Shown one piece after another: positions 59,732 through 64,000 of a stretch of 64,000 nucleotides of DNA. The notes below the pieces were generated by a model. That model was not told where the DNA came from. It ran no database searches and saw nothing but the letters and a program-made list of their open reading frames with translations. The first letter of the stretch is position 1, and each line of letters starts with the position of its first letter. Origin of the DNA: Eledone cirrhosa. Lineage: Eukaryota. A program made the translations under genes and the position numbers. The stretch spans positions 31,496,001-31,560,000 of the forward strand of contig OZ024759.1 in the NCBI GenBank assembly GCA_964016885.1, given 5' to 3'.

Positions 59732-59961
59732 AATATATGAACAATCGTCTGGTTGTGGAACCAACCAACCAACCGGAAATTTATAAATTTAAGAATTTAT
59801 AAATTTAATTTATAATAAATTGAAGTGAAAGCAACTGGTGCGTGTGTTTCTTATATATATATAAACAAATTCGAATGAGTTGATGAATAATACAACAGTA
59901 TATAGGGTATATAGGGCCATAAAATGTGTGTGTGTATATATATATTTATATTTATACATAA

Positions 59962-60037
<76 letters not shown>

Positions 60038-60332
60038 CTTCTACAGGGTTAATGATGAAAATGCCTCTTCCATACTGTATTCTTGGGTCCCAAATAATAG
60101 GGATTGGGTGGAAATCGATAATATTTTAAGTTGTCTCCCTTGGTTTTTTTTTTAAATCAGAATTAGTCGTTTAGTTTACATATTGAGACCCCAACTCGTT
60201 CTATTTATGTTATAACCTATGAGATTTATTGTAATGTTCTTTTTGTCATGTATAATTATTTTTAATGTCTATAGAAAATTATTTGTCGCAGGAATGTTAC
60301 AACTTAAAATAAAATTTCGCCGGGGATAGATT

Positions 60333-60870
60333 ATCACTTCACGTCACATTCACGTTACGTTACATTCACTTCACATCACATCATGTCACATTCACGTCAC
60401 GTTACATTCACATTCACGTCACTTTCACGTCACGTTACATTCATGTCACTTCACATCACGTCACATTTACGTGGAGTTACATTCACGTGACGTCACATTC
60501 ACGTCACTTCACATTCACGTCACTTTCACGTCACATCACATTCACGTCACGTCTCATTCACGTCACTTCACTTCATGTCAATTCATTTCAAATCTCTTCA
60601 TCCCACGTCACGTCATTTCACTTCACGCCACACAACGCCACCCCATGCAACGCCACGTCGCGCTACGTCACACTAGCCACGTCACCCACACCACATCACT
60701 TCACTTCACATCACGTCACTCCACGTCACTCCACGCCACGCCACGCCACGCCACGTCACACTACCTTACGCCGCACCACGCCAAGCCACGCCACGCCACG
60801 TCACACTACCTTACGCCGCACCACACCACGCCACGTCACACTACCTTACACCGCACCACGCCACTTCACC
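60333..60870. repeat. Degenerate (CACGT/CACAT/CACGC)n pentanucleotide satellite
   Basis: Direct reading. Confidence 0.85.
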
Positions 60871-61239
60871 AGAAAAATAAAACTTCCGACTCTTATTAAA
60901 CCATTTTATTAACACAATTTCTATGTCATATATTAAAAAAATCCCAGTGGCTGAGATATTATCTACATGGCTTTCTATCTGACTAAAGTCAGCAGCAGTG
61001 AAGAAAATTGTCAGAAAGAAATACAGACATTCCTTTGTTAAGTTCATTGATGTTTGGGAAATAGATATAGTAAAGTTCAAGTTGAAACTACCAATAGAAA
61101 AGATGGAACGAGAGATTTCCAATGTCTTTCTGATCAATACTATGAAAGACTGATTAGAAATTCCACAAAAGTTATATTCGGATGAAATAACTCTTCGATT
61201 ATTCATCGACGAGTTTGATCTGATCAATACAAGCATGTC

Positions 61240-61316
<77 letters not shown>

Positions 61317-61324
61317 TCATGCAT

Positions 61325-61363
<39 letters not shown>

Positions 61364-61448
61364 AAAAGGTAAACAGAAATAACAACACAATCGGTACAGT
61401 ATATTGAAGGGATATATTAGGTTAACGCTTGATATAGCAGGAAGAGGG

Positions 61449-61484
61449 TCTTAACGTTTCGGACGATAGTCCTTCATCAGAAGA
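61449..61484 (-). ncRNA. Minimal type I hammerhead ribozyme (family F, element about 61363-61500)
   Basis: tctt-CTGATGA-a-ggac(tatc)gtcc-GAAAcgTT^aaga; stem III reduced to the palindrome AACGTT. Confidence 0.85.
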
Positions 61485-61676
61485 AAGAATGAGAAATAAA
61501 ATAGATTGTGGGGACAGACGGGATGGAATCGGAAAAAATGTCTTTAGATAAAAAATAACAGGTCCATTCATGTTGACATCTCTTGCATATCTACATATAT
61601 ATGCATATATACATACATGTATATATATACATATATACATACATATATATTTATACAGATGTATATATATATATGC

Positions 61677-61709
<33 letters not shown>

Positions 61710-61730
61710 TCCGGAACTGTATATATATGC

Positions 61731-61828
<98 letters not shown>

Positions 61829-61907
61829 CTCCGGAACTTATATCTTCGTTGAGTGCTCCCTATCCGCATACTGAAGTTCTGGATTTTACCAACACTTTCT
61901 TGCTTAC

Positions 61908-61994
<87 letters not shown>

Positions 61995-62023
61995 CATATA
62001 TATATATACATATATATATATAC

Positions 62024-62070
<47 letters not shown>

Positions 62071-62081
62071 CATATATATAC

Positions 62082-62118
<37 letters not shown>

Positions 62119-62127
62119 CATATAATA

Positions 62128-62505
62128 TAAGATCAAAAGATGGTTAAAGGAGTTCCATGTATTTTATTATGCGCATTTCAAAAACAAACATCATCATGCA
62201 ATAATATTTGTGTTTTCATCAGATAAAACAGGAGAACATGATATGAAGGCTAAAAAACACTTGTGGATGCACTATCCACAAGTGTTTTTTAGCCTTCATA
62301 TCATGTTCTCCTGTTTTATCTGATGAAAACACAAATATTATTGCATGATGATGTTTGTTTTTGAAATGCGCATAATAAAATACATGGAACTCCTTTAACC
62401 ATCTTTTGATCTTATATTATGTATACTCCAGTCCTACAAACTGTAGAGTGCTTCTTATCCGATATCTGCATATTGCTTTATTGTACTACAATAAAACTCA
62501 CCTCC

Positions 62506-62510
<5 letters not shown>
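62128..62510. mobile_element. Family C inverted dimer; hammerheads at 62162-62228 (-) and 62314-62380 (+)
   Basis: Perfect arms of about 140 bp centred at about 62270; flanked by (TA)n. Confidence 0.9.
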
Positions 62511-62544
<34 letters not shown>

Positions 62545-62787
62545 GTAAGAAACTGTCAGGTAAGCTGGACACCAGAAGATCACAGAGTACCAAACAGGTG
62601 AAACCCAAATGTAACAAGACTCACTATTTAGCCTTAATAAAATTAATATAATTACATATAATGAAGATACGGGTGTGCTTGAATCTTACGTCATTGTATT
62701 ATATATATTTAATTCAATTTAATAAATTAAATAAATTAAATAAAAATGGCGTAGGCATTACAATACAACGGGAGGAAACATAAGAGT

Positions 62788-62825
62788 ACCACTGATGATG
62801 TCACAGATGTGTGACGAAAGAACTA
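62788..62825 (+). ncRNA. Hammerhead (family I) truncated at the cleavage site
   Basis: acca-CTGATGA-t-gtcac(agatgt)gtgac-GAAAgaacTA followed directly by (TA)n. Confidence 0.75.
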
Positions 62826-63053
62826 TATATATTTATATCTGTATTTTTAACCGTTGGTCAATCAATGATAAATATTGATTGCCAGATAAATTAACTGTGG
62901 AGATATAAAAGATACAGAAGCGAAAACCAACCCAAACCAAACAATGTGTGTGTTCTGTTATTATTTCTGGCATTATTATTATAACAATATGAACCTCCCC
63001 AAATATAGCAATATTTGTTTCAACACACGATTTCATATAAAAAAACCTTGCAA

Positions 63054-63093
<40 letters not shown>

Positions 63094-63127
63094 GACATAC
63101 CCATGAAAATCATACCTTATCGGATGG

Positions 63128-63169
<42 letters not shown>

Positions 63170-63298
63170 GTGAGGTTTTTTTACAAAATGAAAAATAACC
63201 GAGGTGTCCTACACGAGTGAAAGTATAAAGAAAAAAAGATGAAATCGAAAATGCAACTGGAGTCTTATTTTTTTTTAAATATATATATTTATTTAGTT

Positions 63299-63334
63299 CC
63301 TTTACCGGTTTCGCAGTTCTTCTGCTTTTCAGAA
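63299..63334 (-). ncRNA. Hammerhead-like motif, G8A variant
   Basis: tt-CTGAAAA-gcag(aagaa)ctgc-GAAAccggTA^aag; palindromic stem III ACCGGT, stem I only 2 bp. Confidence 0.55.
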
Positions 63335-63468
63335 TATATACACACAAAATATATATATATAACTATAAATCTTAGAAATACAATGCCATCACCTTGCCTC
63401 GTGTGATAGTGGCACTGAGTGCAACTCAGTCAATGCGCACCATCTTTCTAAGAGATAACTGCGATAAA

Positions 63469-63562
<94 letters not shown>

Positions 63563-63622
63563 TATCTATATGTATGTATATATGTATGTACATATATGTA
63601 GATATATATATATATACATATT

Positions 63623-63665
<43 letters not shown>

Positions 63666-64000
63666 TATACTGTCAGTCTCTCTCTCTCTCTCTCTCTCTC
63701 ACACCCCCCCACCCCCACCCACCTCTCTCTCCCTCTCCCCACCTCTCTCTCTTTCTCTCTCCCCACCTCTCTCTATCTATCTATCTCTCTCTTTCTCAAC
63801 AAGACTTCATCATTTCAACATTTACAATAATTTTTGTAACTCTCCAATTATTCTTCATTCTACAAAATGTATCGTTCACAGTAACAAGATTAATATCTCT
63901 TCCGAAGTAATTTACTTAACAATGATAACATGCCGAGTCTATTGTAATCACCCATTATGTTCGAAACCTAGAAGAATGGCTGACGTCGTCGACTCCATCG

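Overview
AT-rich, microsatellite-saturated eukaryotic DNA, most likely intergenic or intronic sequence from a coleoid cephalopod (octopus-like SINE and repeat content; this is inference). I see no intact host protein-coding gene: nearly all ORFs in the track are translations of (TA)n/(CA)n/trinucleotide repeats. The window holds many tRNA-derived SINEs, remnants of CRE-like, RTE, L1/Tx1 and probable Penelope-like retroelements, a hAT-type MITE with an 8-bp TSD, a mariner remnant, Helitron 3' ends and several minisatellites. The main signal is a dense set of short (about 100-400 bp) elements sitting in (TA)n tracts. They belong to roughly ten unrelated sequence families, are frequently arranged as long inverted repeats, and carry type I hammerhead ribozyme motifs (CUGAnGA...GAAA...UH) with minimal or palindromic stem III. 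About 10 motifs have a canonical core and about 10 more are variant or truncated. This resembles Penelope-like pseudo-LTRs or retrozymes.
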